From a bacterium (GTDB lineage: Bacteria > Eisenbacteria > RBG-16-71-46), in the NCBI GenBank assembly GCA_043779265.1, contig JAYWEM010000159.1:1-58653 (forward strand): a DNA stretch of 58,653 nt, read 5' to 3'. Each line of letters begins with the position of its first letter. Position 1 is the first letter of the stretch. The translations under genes and the position numbers were made by a program. This document shows positions 30,961 through 41,870 of the stretch, piece after piece. The notes under the pieces are model-generated. The model was given only the letters and a program-made list of their open reading frames with translations. It was not told where the DNA came from and made no database searches.

Positions 30961-31509
30961 CTAGCCCAGTGGACGTTCCCAAGGCTCTTGCGCCACATAG
31001 CCGCAGCGCCGGAAGGCGGCGATCATCGGGTGGTTGTCGATGTCGGTGTCGCTGAGGATGCGCCACACGCCGACCTGTTCGAGGAGCTCCGTCGAGCGGA
31101 TGAGCAAGTCGACGATGTGCCCCTGGCCGCGATGGCCGGGCAGCACGCCGATGTAGAAGAGCGTGCTCTCTTGGAGGCCTCCACGGGCACTGCCGGTGAA
31201 CACGGTGGGGAGCAGGAACCCGACGAGATCCCCGGCCGCATCGTGTGCGTACTGCCACCAGCCGGGCGCGTGGTGGAAGCCGCGATCGGCCATGGCGAGG
31301 AAGTTCGCTGCCGCCGCCTCGGCGCCGTCTCTCGCGACCTCCCGTCGGTCGCAGGCATCGAGCGAGTCGGCCATCACGGCGGCGGTCGCGCGCCGCAGCC
31401 AGTCCGCGTCATCGATCGGCGCGTACGAGAGCCGACCCGATTCGGCCGGGATCGGGGTCCCCGGTTCCCAGATGAAGGGGAGCTTGAGGTAGTGGCCTTG
31501 CGCGGGCAG
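30961..31509 (-). CDS. GNAT acetyltransferase (start uncertain: CTG 31509 or GTG 31377)
   Basis: YIGVLPGHRGQG acetyl-CoA motif and TDIDNHPM...FRRCGY. Confidence 0.75.
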   Translation of the reverse strand: MPAQGHYLKLPFIWEPGTPIPAESGRLSYAPIDDADWLRRATAAVMADSLDACDRREVARDGAEAAAANFLAMADRGFHHAPGWWQYAHDAAGDLVGFLLPTVFTGSARGGLQESTLFYIGVLPGHRGQGHIVDLLIRSTELLEQVGVWRILSDTDIDNHPMIAAFRRCGYVAQEPWERPLG

Positions 31510-31523
31510 GGCGGCCCTCGGCG

Positions 31524-32756
31524 CTAGCGTTCTTCGACGCCCGGCCGCCCATGCGGGTTGCCGCGCAGTTCGAGCACGCTCGAGAGGAAACCGGCGGCGC
31601 TCAACTGCACGCCGACGATCATCGCCGTCACGCTCGGCACGAGCAGGCGCATCATGCTCGAAACGTCGAGGTCCCCGAACGAGCGCTGCGCCCAGATCAT
31701 GGCGGAGGAAGCGACGCCGACCAGGCCGAGCAGCACCATGAGGCCGCCGACGATGACCGCGCGCTCGAGCGACTTGGCCCGCATGAACCGATCGAAGCGG
31801 GCACTGCTCGGGAGCACGCCCTGCGTGGTGGCGTGCTGGTAGGCGAGCAGGAACATGAGCACGGTCTGGCTGCCGACGATCACCATGGCGCTGGCCATCA
31901 GCAGCGAGTGCACGTCGAGTCGCACGCCGAGGATCACGATCGGGTGGAGCGCGAGCGAGATCATGAGCGCCAGCCCGAGCAGCAGCACGGCCATCCCCGG
32001 GTAGAGGAACAGCCAGCGCGGGCTGTAGAGCAACATGAACCGCAGCTGGCGCCAGCCATCGTGGAAGGTGCGCAGGTGCGGCTTCCGACTGCGGCCATCG
32101 GGCCGCAGGATCGTGGGCACCTCGGTGATCCGAAGGCGCTTGAGGCTGGCCTTGGCCACCATCTCGATCGCGAACTCCATGCCCATCGAGCTCAGGTCGA
32201 GCCCGAGGATCGCCTCGCGGCGGCAGCCGCGGATGCCGCAGTTCACGTCGCCGATCGGAGCGCCGAAGAACGTGCGACCGAGCATCGTCATCATGGGGTT
32301 GCCCGGGAAGCGGTGCAGTGGCGGCATGGCGCCGGGCAGGATGCCCCCCTTGAATCGATTACCCATCACCAGGTCGTGTCCCTCGCGCAGCTTCTCGAGG
32401 AACCGCGGCAGGCTCGCGACGTCGTAGCTGCCATCGGAGTCGGCGATCACCACGTACTTGCCGCGCGCCGCTCGCAGCCCCGCCGTGAGCCCCGTGCCGT
32501 AGCCGCGTCGAGGCACATCGGGGAAGTAGTCGACGACATGGATGACGCGGGCGCCGGCCGCTCGGGCCAGCTCGGGCGAGCCATCGGAACTGCCATTGTC
32601 GGCGACGAGCACCTCACCTTCGAGGCCGTGCTCGGCGAACTGGCGCTTCACTTCCTCGATGCAGCCGACGACCGTCTCCGCCTCATTGAGGCAGGGGAAC
32701 AGGAAGGTCAGCTCGAGGTCGGAGGCCTGCGTGGGGGGGATGGGTGCATGGGACAT
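31524..32756 (-). CDS. GT2 polyprenol-phosphate glycosyltransferase with C-terminal TM domain
   Basis: PCLNE, ADNGSSD, RGYG, DSDGSY, GNRF, GMEFA.EM and HLRTFHDGWR; four C-terminal TM segments. Confidence 0.88.
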   Translation of the reverse strand: MSHAPIPPTQASDLELTFLFPCLNEAETVVGCIEEVKRQFAEHGLEGEVLVADNGSSDGSPELARAAGARVIHVVDYFPDVPRRGYGTGLTAGLRAARGKYVVIADSDGSYDVASLPRFLEKLREGHDLVMGNRFKGGILPGAMPPLHRFPGNPMMTMLGRTFFGAPIGDVNCGIRGCRREAILGLDLSSMGMEFAIEMVAKASLKRLRITEVPTILRPDGRSRKPHLRTFHDGWRQLRFMLLYSPRWLFLYPGMAVLLLGLALMISLALHPIVILGVRLDVHSLLMASAMVIVGSQTVLMFLLAYQHATTQGVLPSSARFDRFMRAKSLERAVIVGGLMVLLGLVGVASSAMIWAQRSFGDLDVSSMMRLLVPSVTAMIVGVQLSAAGFLSSVLELRGNPHGRPGVEER

Positions 32757-32910
32757 GCGCCATCATCTTGGCGGCTGGCTCGAATGAGCGTCAAGGCGTG
32801 CATCCTGCACGATTCCGGGCGGTGCTTCAGGACGCAGCGCGATGCGCCGATTCCATCGTGACTCCGGTTGCAGGTAGAATCGTCGCCGGTCTTGTCCCCA
32901 TGGAGAGCGT

Positions 32911-33681
32911 ATGAAGACGGTGATCCTCGCCGGTGGCCTCGGCACGCGGTTCGCAGAAGAGACGGACATCCTGCCCAAGCCGATGATCGAGATCGGCGGC
33001 CGGCCGATGCTCTGGCACATCATGCAGATCTATGCGCACCACGGACATCGTGAGTTCCTGGTGGCGCTGGGTTACCGCGGCGACGTCATCAAGCGCTACT
33101 TCCTCGACTACGCGCGCCTCGAGAGCGACTTCAAGGTCGACCTCGCCAAGGGCGAGGTGGTCGAGTACGCGGGCAAGCGCGACGACTTCTCGATCCACTT
33201 GATCGAGACCGGCCCCAACACCATGACCGGTGGCCGACTGATGCGACTGGCGCCGCAGCTGCGCGACGGCACGTTCATGATGACCTACGGCGACGGCGTC
33301 TCGAACGTCGATATCGCCAAGCTCCTCGAATTCCACAAGCGCCACGGCAAGCTCGCGACGCTGACCGCGGTCCGTCCGCCCGCACGATTCGGCCGGCTCG
33401 AGTTCGACGGCGATGCCATCGCGCGCTTCGACGAAAAGCCGCAGTTGGGTGAAGGTTGGATCAACGGCGGCTTCTTCGTGTTGGAGCCGGGCGTGTTCGA
33501 CTACCTGGGCGGTGACGAGACCGTGTGGGAGCGCGAGCCGCTCGAGCGTCTCGCCGCTGACATTCAGCTGATGGCCTATCGCTGTGAGGGGTTCTGGCAG
33601 TGCATGGACACGCTGCGCGATAAGCGCACGCTCAACCAGTTGTGGACCGACGGGGTCGCGCCATGGGCGTTGTGGAAATGA
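32911..33681 (+). CDS. rfbF: Glucose-1-phosphate cytidylyltransferase
   Basis: ILAGGLGTR, PKPM, TMTGGRL, TYGDG, INGGFFV and FWQCMDTLRDK. Confidence 0.95.
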   Translation: MKTVILAGGLGTRFAEETDILPKPMIEIGGRPMLWHIMQIYAHHGHREFLVALGYRGDVIKRYFLDYARLESDFKVDLAKGEVVEYAGKRDDFSIHLIETGPNTMTGGRLMRLAPQLRDGTFMMTYGDGVSNVDIAKLLEFHKRHGKLATLTAVRPPARFGRLEFDGDAIARFDEKPQLGEGWINGGFFVLEPGVFDYLGGDETVWEREPLERLAADIQLMAYRCEGFWQCMDTLRDKRTLNQLWTDGVAPWALWK

Positions 33682-34661
33682 ACGACAAGGGGTTCTGGTC
33701 GGGGCGCACGGTGCTGGTGACCGGAGCCACCGGGTTGATCGGTTCGTGGCTCGTGAAGGAGCTGCGAGTGCGCGGAGCGCGCGTCGTGGCCTTCGTGCTC
33801 GACCAGGATCCGCACTCGGAGTTCATCCGCAGCGGGGACATCGCGCACTGTCATGTGATCAACGGCGACCTCGCCGACTTCCATGCGATCGAGCGTGCGG
33901 TGAACCTGCACGACGTGGACACCGTGTTCCATCTGGGAGCGCAGACGCTGGTCGAAGTGGCGCACCGCTATCCGCTCGCCACGTTCGAGGCCAATATCCG
34001 CGGCACGTACAACCTGATGGAGGTCTGCCGCATCCATCAGAAGCTGGTCGGCCGCGTCGTCGTCGCCTCGAGCGACAAAGCTTACGGCAGCAAGCCCGAC
34101 CTGCCTTATCGCGAGGACATGTCGCTCGCCGGTCAGCACCCGTACGAGGTCTCCAAGACCTGCACGGATCTGATCGCCCAGACCTATGGCATCACTTACG
34201 GACTGCCCGTCACCATCGCTCGATTTGGCAACGTCTACGGTGGCGGCGACCTCAATTGGAGTCGCATCGTGCCCGAGACGATCCGCGCCGTGATGCGCGG
34301 TGAGCGCCCGGTGCTCCGCAGCGACGGCACGTTCATCCGCGACTATGTGTATGTGAAGGACGTCGCGCGCGCCTATCTCCGCATGGCCGAGTGCATGCAC
34401 CAGCCCGACGTGCGTGGCGAGGCGTTCAACTTCAGCGGCGAGAAGCCGACGTCGGTGCTCGACATCGTGCACGCGATCCGGCGCCTGATGGGACGCGAGG
34501 ACATCGAGCCGGACATCCGCAACACGGCCCGTGGCGAGATCAAGGACCAGTACCTCTCGGCGGCGAAGGCCCGCGAGCGGCTCGGCTGGACGCCCGAGTA
34601 CAGCCTCGAGGACGGGCTCCGCGAGACGATCGACTGGTACCGCGAGTACCTCGGTTCCTGA
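33678..34661 (+). CDS. NAD-dependent nucleotide-sugar dehydratase (CDP-glucose 4,6-dehydratase-like)
   Basis: TGATGLIGSW, ASSDKAY, PYEVSK and NVYGGGDLN. ATGA-coupled to rfbF. Confidence 0.85.
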   Translation: MNDKGFWSGRTVLVTGATGLIGSWLVKELRVRGARVVAFVLDQDPHSEFIRSGDIAHCHVINGDLADFHAIERAVNLHDVDTVFHLGAQTLVEVAHRYPLATFEANIRGTYNLMEVCRIHQKLVGRVVVASSDKAYGSKPDLPYREDMSLAGQHPYEVSKTCTDLIAQTYGITYGLPVTIARFGNVYGGGDLNWSRIVPETIRAVMRGERPVLRSDGTFIRDYVYVKDVARAYLRMAECMHQPDVRGEAFNFSGEKPTSVLDIVHAIRRLMGREDIEPDIRNTARGEIKDQYLSAAKARERLGWTPEYSLEDGLRETIDWYREYLGS

Positions 34662-34665
34662 GCCG

Positions 34666-35643
34666 ATGAGCGACCGCGCCTCCCTTGCCGGCATGGACGT
34701 GCTCGTCACCGGCGGCGCCGGATTCGTCGGATCGCATCTCGTGCTCCGACTGCTCGAGGCGCAGGCGCAGGTTCGCGTCGTGGTGCAGCCGGGCGCACCG
34801 CTCGGCGCACTCGAACGCCACATGGGCCGCGTGCAGGTGGCCGAGGCCGATCTGACCGAGCCGGAGTCGGTGGCCCGGGCGCTTCACGCCGATCGAGCCG
34901 CCATCGTGTTCCATCTCGCCGCGTGGACCGCGGGACGCAGCCGCGTCGCCGACCCGGAGGCCTGGCGCACGAGCTTCCGTGTCAACCTCGAGGGCACGAT
35001 GAACCTGCTCACCGCGATGGTGGCCCGAGGCGGCACGCTGCCTCGCGTCGTCCGCACCGGTGGCATGGAGGAGTACGGCGACGGGCCGGTTCCCTTCCGC
35101 GAGGATCAGCGCGAACGCGCGGTCTCTCCCTACTCGGCCAGCCAGGCGGCGGCGACGCAGGCCTCGCATGCGTTCGCCTCGCACGCCTCACTGCCGCTCG
35201 TGACGCTGAGGCCCTCGCTCATCTACGGGCCGGGGCAGGATCGCAGCTTCTTCCTGCCGTCCCTGATCCAATCGTGCCTCGAGGGTCGCGACTTCGCGAT
35301 GACCTCCGGCGAGCAGACGGTCGACTTCGTGTACGTCGACGATGTGGTCGAGGCGCTGATCCGGGCCTCCCTCGCCGAAGGGGCCGCCGGGGAGATCCTC
35401 AACGCCGGCAGCGGCCGTGAGATCGCCGTGGGCACGCTCGCCGAGTTGGTCGTGCATCGGACGGGCACCAGCGCCCGGCTCCAGCGCGGCGCCCGCGCCG
35501 AGCGAGCGGGGGAGTCGCCGCGGCGGTTCATGGACGTGGCCAAGGCGCAGCGTTTGCTCGATTGGCGTGCCTCGACGAGCCTCGAGGATGGACTCGACCA
35601 GACGATCGAGAGCCATCGCCTGGGTCACCCACCATCGGCTTGA
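34666..35643 (+). CDS. Extended SDR epimerase/reductase with YxxxQ in place of YxxxK
   Basis: TGGAGFVG, HLAA, PYSASQ, YGPGQ and DFVYVDD. Confidence 0.82.
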   Translation: MSDRASLAGMDVLVTGGAGFVGSHLVLRLLEAQAQVRVVVQPGAPLGALERHMGRVQVAEADLTEPESVARALHADRAAIVFHLAAWTAGRSRVADPEAWRTSFRVNLEGTMNLLTAMVARGGTLPRVVRTGGMEEYGDGPVPFREDQRERAVSPYSASQAAATQASHAFASHASLPLVTLRPSLIYGPGQDRSFFLPSLIQSCLEGRDFAMTSGEQTVDFVYVDDVVEALIRASLAEGAAGEILNAGSGREIAVGTLAELVVHRTGTSARLQRGARAERAGESPRRFMDVAKAQRLLDWRASTSLEDGLDQTIESHRLGHPPSA

Positions 35644-35647
35644 GTGA

Positions 35648-37147
<1,500 letters not shown>

Positions 37148-37162
37148 CCGACCGTCCTTCGC

Positions 37163-37191
37163 TTGACCCTCTCGGCAGCCCTCTCTACGCT
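37163..37191 (+). promoter_or_regulatory. Putative sigma70 promoter of the folB operon
   Basis: TTGACC-N17-TACGCT, ending about 60 nt upstream of the folB start. Confidence 0.55.
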
Positions 37192-37251
37192 TCATCGGCG
37201 GTTCTCCCGACGTCTCAATTCCGGCAACCCAACCCGTTCGGAGTCAACATC

Positions 37252-37611
37252 TTGGCGACCATCCGCCTCATGGGCCTCTCGGTCTTCGGACACCACGGTG
37301 CCCGCCCCTATGAGAAGGAGGCGGGTCAGCGGCTCGAGGTCGACCTCGAGTTGGAGCCGATGAGCGAGGACTCCGAGACGAGCGATCGCCTCGCGGACAC
37401 GATCGACTACGATCGCCTCTACGAACTGGTGCGCGAGGTCGTCGAGGGGCAGAGCTTCCACCTGCTCGAGAAGCTGGCGCGAGTCACCGCCGACTCGATC
37501 CTCGAGCGATTCGCCATCCGGCGTGCGACGGTGCACATCTCCAAGCAGAACCTGGGCTGGACCACGGGCGGTCGCGCCATCATCACGGTCACGCGCGAGC
37601 GTGCGGCATGA
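37252..37611 (+). CDS. folB: Dihydroneopterin aldolase
   Basis: FGHHG...EKEAGQ, DTIDY and LLEKLA. TTG start after GGAG. Confidence 0.9.
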   Translation: MATIRLMGLSVFGHHGARPYEKEAGQRLEVDLELEPMSEDSETSDRLADTIDYDRLYELVREVVEGQSFHLLEKLARVTADSILERFAIRRATVHISKQNLGWTTGGRAIITVTRERAA

Positions 37612-38102
37612 GGGCGTTCATCGGACTCGGCAGCAATCTCGGCGAGCGCGAGACCACTGTGCGCGAGGCGCTCGAGCAGATCTCGCAGCTCACGGACACC
37701 ACGCTCGTTCGCGTCTCGTCGCTCTACGACAGCGAGGCGATGGGGCCCGAGGAGCAGCCGGACTTCGTGAACGCCGTCGCCCAGGTCGAGACCGGCCTCA
37801 GCGCGCGCCAGTTGCTGTGGAACCTACTGCTCATCGAGAAGCGCCTCGGGCGTGCTCGGTCGCAGAAGTGGGGACCGCGCACCATCGACCTCGATCTCCT
37901 GCTCTTCGGCGACCAGGTGATCGACGATGATGACTTGAGCGTTCCGCATCCCGAGATCACGCGCCGCTCGTTCGTCCTGGCGCCGCTCGCCGAGCTCGAG
38001 CCGGGGCTGATCCATCCGCTCACCGGGCAGAGCGTCACGGTCCATCTCTCGCAATTGCACACGCGCCCGCCGGTGCGCCGCCCGACGCGGCTCTGGAACT
38101 GA
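37608..38102 (+). CDS. folK: HPPK (2-amino-4-hydroxy-6-hydroxymethyldihydropteridine diphosphokinase)
   Basis: IGLGSNLG, FVNAV, GPRTIDLDLL and PHP. Confidence 0.96.
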   Translation: MRAFIGLGSNLGERETTVREALEQISQLTDTTLVRVSSLYDSEAMGPEEQPDFVNAVAQVETGLSARQLLWNLLLIEKRLGRARSQKWGPRTIDLDLLLFGDQVIDDDDLSVPHPEITRRSFVLAPLAELEPGLIHPLTGQSVTVHLSQLHTRPPVRRPTRLWN

Positions 38103-38160
38103 CCCTCATGCTACTCGCCCGCGGCAGGATGTCGCGAGCCTTCGCACGGATCAGCGTGCG

Positions 38161-38811
38161 ATGAGCGAGAATCGGTACATCGTCATCGAGGGTGTGATCG
38201 GTGCGGGTAAGACCAGCCTGTCCCGCATGCTGAGTGAGCGGCTGTCGGCCCAGCTGGTTCTGGAGGAGGTCGAGGAGAACCCGTTCCTCAAGGACTTCTA
38301 CCGCGACCGTGTCCGCTACGCGTTCCAGACGCAGATGCACTTCCTGTTCAGCCGGTACCAGCAGCAGCGCGGCCTTCGACAGACCGACCTGTTCAGCGAG
38401 AAGATGGTCTCGGACTATCTGTTCCAGAAGGACCGCATCTTCGCCAGCCTGAACCTGGTCGATCGCGAACTGCTCCTGTACGAGCGGCTGGTCGCCTGGC
38501 TCGAGCTGGATGTGGTGAAGCCGGACATCGTCGTCTACTTGCAGGCGCATTCCGACACGCTGATGTCGCGCATCACCAAGCGCAACCGGTCGTTCGAGAA
38601 GGATATGGATCGCGGCTACATCCAACGACTGAGCGAAGCCTACGACCATCACTTCTTCCACTACACCGACACGCCGTTGCTGGTCGTGAACACAGATCAC
38701 ATCGATTTCGTGCATGAACCCGAGGATTTTGCCGACCTCGAGAAGCGGATCCTGTCGCACCGGCAGGGCACCGTGTACTACACCCCGATCGAGAAGGGGC
38801 GTCCGTCATGA
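38161..38811 (+). CDS. Deoxynucleoside kinase
   Basis: IEGVIGAGKT P-loop, NPFL..FY, FLFSR and RNRSFE. Confidence 0.92.
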   Translation: MSENRYIVIEGVIGAGKTSLSRMLSERLSAQLVLEEVEENPFLKDFYRDRVRYAFQTQMHFLFSRYQQQRGLRQTDLFSEKMVSDYLFQKDRIFASLNLVDRELLLYERLVAWLELDVVKPDIVVYLQAHSDTLMSRITKRNRSFEKDMDRGYIQRLSEAYDHHFFHYTDTPLLVVNTDHIDFVHEPEDFADLEKRILSHRQGTVYYTPIEKGRPS

Positions 38812-39638
38812 GCGAGAAGAAGGTGGTGGCGAGCGAATCGCGTCCGAGACGCACCGCTCCGTCGTTCGTGGATCAGAAGCGCCGCACCGAGGTGATCACC
38901 ATGGTGACCGCCTACGATCATCCGACGGCGCGGCTGGCCGACGAGGCCGGCATCGACGCGATCCTCGTTGGGGACAGCGTCGGAACAGTCATGCTCGGCT
39001 ACGACAGCACGCTGCCCGTGACGATGGAGGACATGCTCCACCACGTCCGCGCCGTCGTGCGCGCGAAGCCGCGGGCGCTGGTGATCGGCGACATGCCGTT
39101 CATGTCGTACCAGGTCTCGGATGACCAGGCGGTCGAGAACGCCGGCCGGTTGGTGCAGGAGGGCGGCGCCGACGCGGTGAAGCTCGAGGGTGGTGAGCGC
39201 GTGGTCGCAGCGGTGCGACGCATCGTGGCCGCGGGCATCCCGGTGATGGGGCATCTCGGTCTGACGCCCCAGTCGGTGCTCGCCTTCGGCGGCTACAAGG
39301 TCCAAGCGAGAGGCGAGGCGGGACAGGAGCAGCTGCTACGTGAGGCGCGATCGCTGCAAGATGCTGGGTGCTTCTCGCTCGTGCTCGAGGGGATCCCGGC
39401 CAAGCTCGGAGCGCAGGTGTCGCGTGAGCTGACGATCCCCACCATCGGGATCGGCGCGGGGGTCCAGTGCGACGGCCAGGTGCTGGTGCTGCATGACCTG
39501 CTCGGCCTCTACCACGGTCATCAGCCGCGCTTCGTTCGTCGTTACGCCGAGGTCGGCGACCAGATCCGCGAGGCGATCTCCCGTTTCGTCGATGACGTCC
39601 GCGCCCGCCGCTTCCCGTCGGAAGGGGAGAGCTACTAA
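38808..39638 (+). CDS. panB: 3-methyl-2-oxobutanoate hydroxymethyltransferase
   Basis: TAYD, LVGDS, DMPF, KLEGG, GHLGLTPQ, IGIGAG and DGQVLV. Confidence 0.97.
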   Translation: MSEKKVVASESRPRRTAPSFVDQKRRTEVITMVTAYDHPTARLADEAGIDAILVGDSVGTVMLGYDSTLPVTMEDMLHHVRAVVRAKPRALVIGDMPFMSYQVSDDQAVENAGRLVQEGGADAVKLEGGERVVAAVRRIVAAGIPVMGHLGLTPQSVLAFGGYKVQARGEAGQEQLLREARSLQDAGCFSLVLEGIPAKLGAQVSRELTIPTIGIGAGVQCDGQVLVLHDLLGLYHGHQPRFVRRYAEVGDQIREAISRFVDDVRARRFPSEGESY

Positions 39639-40498
39639 TGCCGCCTCGACTCGCGCGCGTGCGCGAGGTCGAGGACCTGCGGCGCGTGCTGGCGCGTTGG
39701 CGGCGCAAGGGCGAACGCGTGGCGTTCGTGCCGACCATGGGCGCGTTGCACGAGGGGCATCGCTCGCTGATGCGGCAGGCACGCCGGAGTGCCCCACGTG
39801 TGGTCGTGAGCATCTTCGTCAATCCGCTCCAGTTCGGCCCGAGCGAGGACCTCGCCAAGTACCCGCGTCCAGGCGCGCGCGATCGCCGCCTGCTCGGTGA
39901 GGAGCAGATCGATCTGCTGTGGGAGCCGCGGCTCGAGGATGTCTACCCGCCCGGCGATCGCACTCGCGTGCAGGTCACGGGCCTCTCGGAGATGCTCGAG
40001 GGCGCCTCGCGGCCCGGGCACTTCGTCGGCGTCACCACGGTCGTGTTGCGGCTGCTCTCGGCCGTCCAGCCGGACATCTTGTGGCTGGGGCAGAAGGACG
40101 CCCAGCAGGCGCTCATCCTCGAGCGCATGTGCGCCGATCTGCTGCTGCCCGTGAAGATCCGCCGTGGCGCCACCGTGCGCGCGAGCGACGGCCTCGCCCT
40201 CTCGAGTCGAAACGCCTTTCTCGACCCACGCCAGCGTCAGCAGGCGGTCGCGCTGTCGCAGGGGCTCGCATCGGCGAGGGCGATGCTGACCGCCGGTGAA
40301 CGGTCCGCTGCGCGTGTGCTTAGCGCGGTCCGTGAGGAACTGACCTGCTACCCGCTTGTGCGGCCCGACTACGTGGCGCTCGTGGATGCCGCCACGCTCG
40401 AGCCCGTGCGCACGGTGCGCGGCCGCGTGTTGCTGGCGATCGCCGCGCGCGTGGGCAGGACCCGCCTGATCGACAACTTCGAATGGAGCCCTCGATGA
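39638..40498 (+). CDS. panC: Pantoate--beta-alanine ligase
   Basis: PTMGALHEGH, SIFVNPLQF, RPGHF, GQKDAQQ, DGLALSSRN and RLIDN. Confidence 0.97.
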   Translation: MPPRLARVREVEDLRRVLARWRRKGERVAFVPTMGALHEGHRSLMRQARRSAPRVVVSIFVNPLQFGPSEDLAKYPRPGARDRRLLGEEQIDLLWEPRLEDVYPPGDRTRVQVTGLSEMLEGASRPGHFVGVTTVVLRLLSAVQPDILWLGQKDAQQALILERMCADLLLPVKIRRGATVRASDGLALSSRNAFLDPRQRQQAVALSQGLASARAMLTAGERSAARVLSAVREELTCYPLVRPDYVALVDAATLEPVRTVRGRVLLAIAARVGRTRLIDNFEWSPR

Positions 40499-41271
40499 CC
40501 CGCCACCGCCATCCCGAAGTCGCCGCGCTCGTGCTCGCCGCCGGCGTGGGCAAGCGTATGCAGTCGGATCTCGCCAAGGTCCTGCACGAGATGGCCGGCC
40601 GATCGCTGCTGGCGCATGTCGTCGAGACGCTCGATCTGCTGGGCGTCGGCCGCCAGATCATCGTCATCGGGCATCAGCGCGAACGCGTGCGCGAGGCGTT
40701 CGCGCATCGCGACGATCTCGAGTGGGCGGTTCAGGCCGAGCAGAGGGGCACGGGGCACGCCTGCATGATGGCCGACAACGCCCTCGCCGAGTTCGCCGGC
40801 ACCCTGCTGGTCGTGTGCGGCGACACGCCGCTGCTGACCGCGACGACGCTGCATCAGCTGCTCGAGACGCATGCGGCCTCCTGGGCCTCCGTCACGGTGC
40901 TCAGCATGCGCCTGCCCGATCCCACGGGGTATGGCCGCATCGTCCGGGCCGCCGATGGCGTGGGGATCGAGCGCATCGTCGAGGAGAAGGACACGAACGT
41001 GGACCAGAAGGCGATCGACGAGGTGAACTCGGGCATCTACGCGTTCCACTATCCGGCGCTCGTCTCGGTGCTCGGCCGACTGACGTCGAACAACTCGCAG
41101 GGGGAGTACTACCTGACCGACACGGTCTCGCTGATGCAGGCGCAGGGTCTGAAGGCGGCGGTGCAGTGCGCCGAGGATCATCGCGAGTTGCTCGGGATCA
41201 ACACGCCCGACCAACTCGCGGAGGCCGAGGTCGCATGGCGCGCGCTGGAACTGCGCGGGGGCCACGCATGA
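40495..41271 (+). CDS. GlmU-type GlcNAc-1-P uridyltransferase, N-terminal domain only
   Basis: LAAGVGKRM, KVLH, QRGTGHA, GDTP, YGRIVR, IVEEKD, EYYLTD and GIN. Ends before the hexapeptide acetyltransferase domain. Confidence 0.88.
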   Translation: MTRHRHPEVAALVLAAGVGKRMQSDLAKVLHEMAGRSLLAHVVETLDLLGVGRQIIVIGHQRERVREAFAHRDDLEWAVQAEQRGTGHACMMADNALAEFAGTLLVVCGDTPLLTATTLHQLLETHAASWASVTVLSMRLPDPTGYGRIVRAADGVGIERIVEEKDTNVDQKAIDEVNSGIYAFHYPALVSVLGRLTSNNSQGEYYLTDTVSLMQAQGLKAAVQCAEDHRELLGINTPDQLAEAEVAWRALELRGGHA

Positions 41272-41870
41272 GCGCCGCTCGTCCGCGCAAGCCGGCCACG
41301 CGCCGCAAAGTCGCTTCCAGGCCGCAAGGTGCGGCATCGACTGGTGCAGCTCGCCTGTGGGCACCCTGGCGGATGGACTGGATCTCCAAGGTGGATGCGT
41401 CCGAGGGCTGCCTGTTCTGCCGCGTGGCCTCGGCACGCGCCGATCGCCGTGACCTCGTCCTCGTGCGGCGGCCGCATGCGATGCTGATGCTGAATCGCTA
41501 CCCGTACACGAGTGCGCATCTCATGGTGGCCGTCCGGCGGCATGCCGCCCAGTTCCGTGATCTGACCCCCGAGGAGCGTCTGCAGGTCCTGGAACTCACC
41601 TCGCTCGCGGAGGGCGCGCTCGAGGCGGAGTACGCGCCGCACGGACTCAACTACGGCCTCAACGTCGGGCGCATCGCCGGCGCCGGATTCCCGGGACACC
41701 TGCACCTCCATCTGGTGCCGCGCTGGAATGGCGACACGAACTTCATGACGACGGTGGCCGAGACGCGCGTGCTGCCCGAGTCGCTGACGGCAACGTGGAC
41801 CCGGCTCCGCCGCGCTCTGCCTGCCCTCGAGAGCGCTCCGTCCCGCTCACGCAGGCCGCGTGGCGCGTAA
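41268..41870 (+). CDS. HIT-family nucleotide hydrolase/phosphorylase
   Basis: LWAPWR, CLFC, NRYPY, GLNVG..AGAG and HLHLHLVPRW.GD.NF. Confidence 0.9.
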   Translation: MSAARPRKPATRRKVASRPQGAASTGAARLWAPWRMDWISKVDASEGCLFCRVASARADRRDLVLVRRPHAMLMLNRYPYTSAHLMVAVRRHAAQFRDLTPEERLQVLELTSLAEGALEAEYAPHGLNYGLNVGRIAGAGFPGHLHLHLVPRWNGDTNFMTTVAETRVLPESLTATWTRLRRALPALESAPSRSRRPRGA

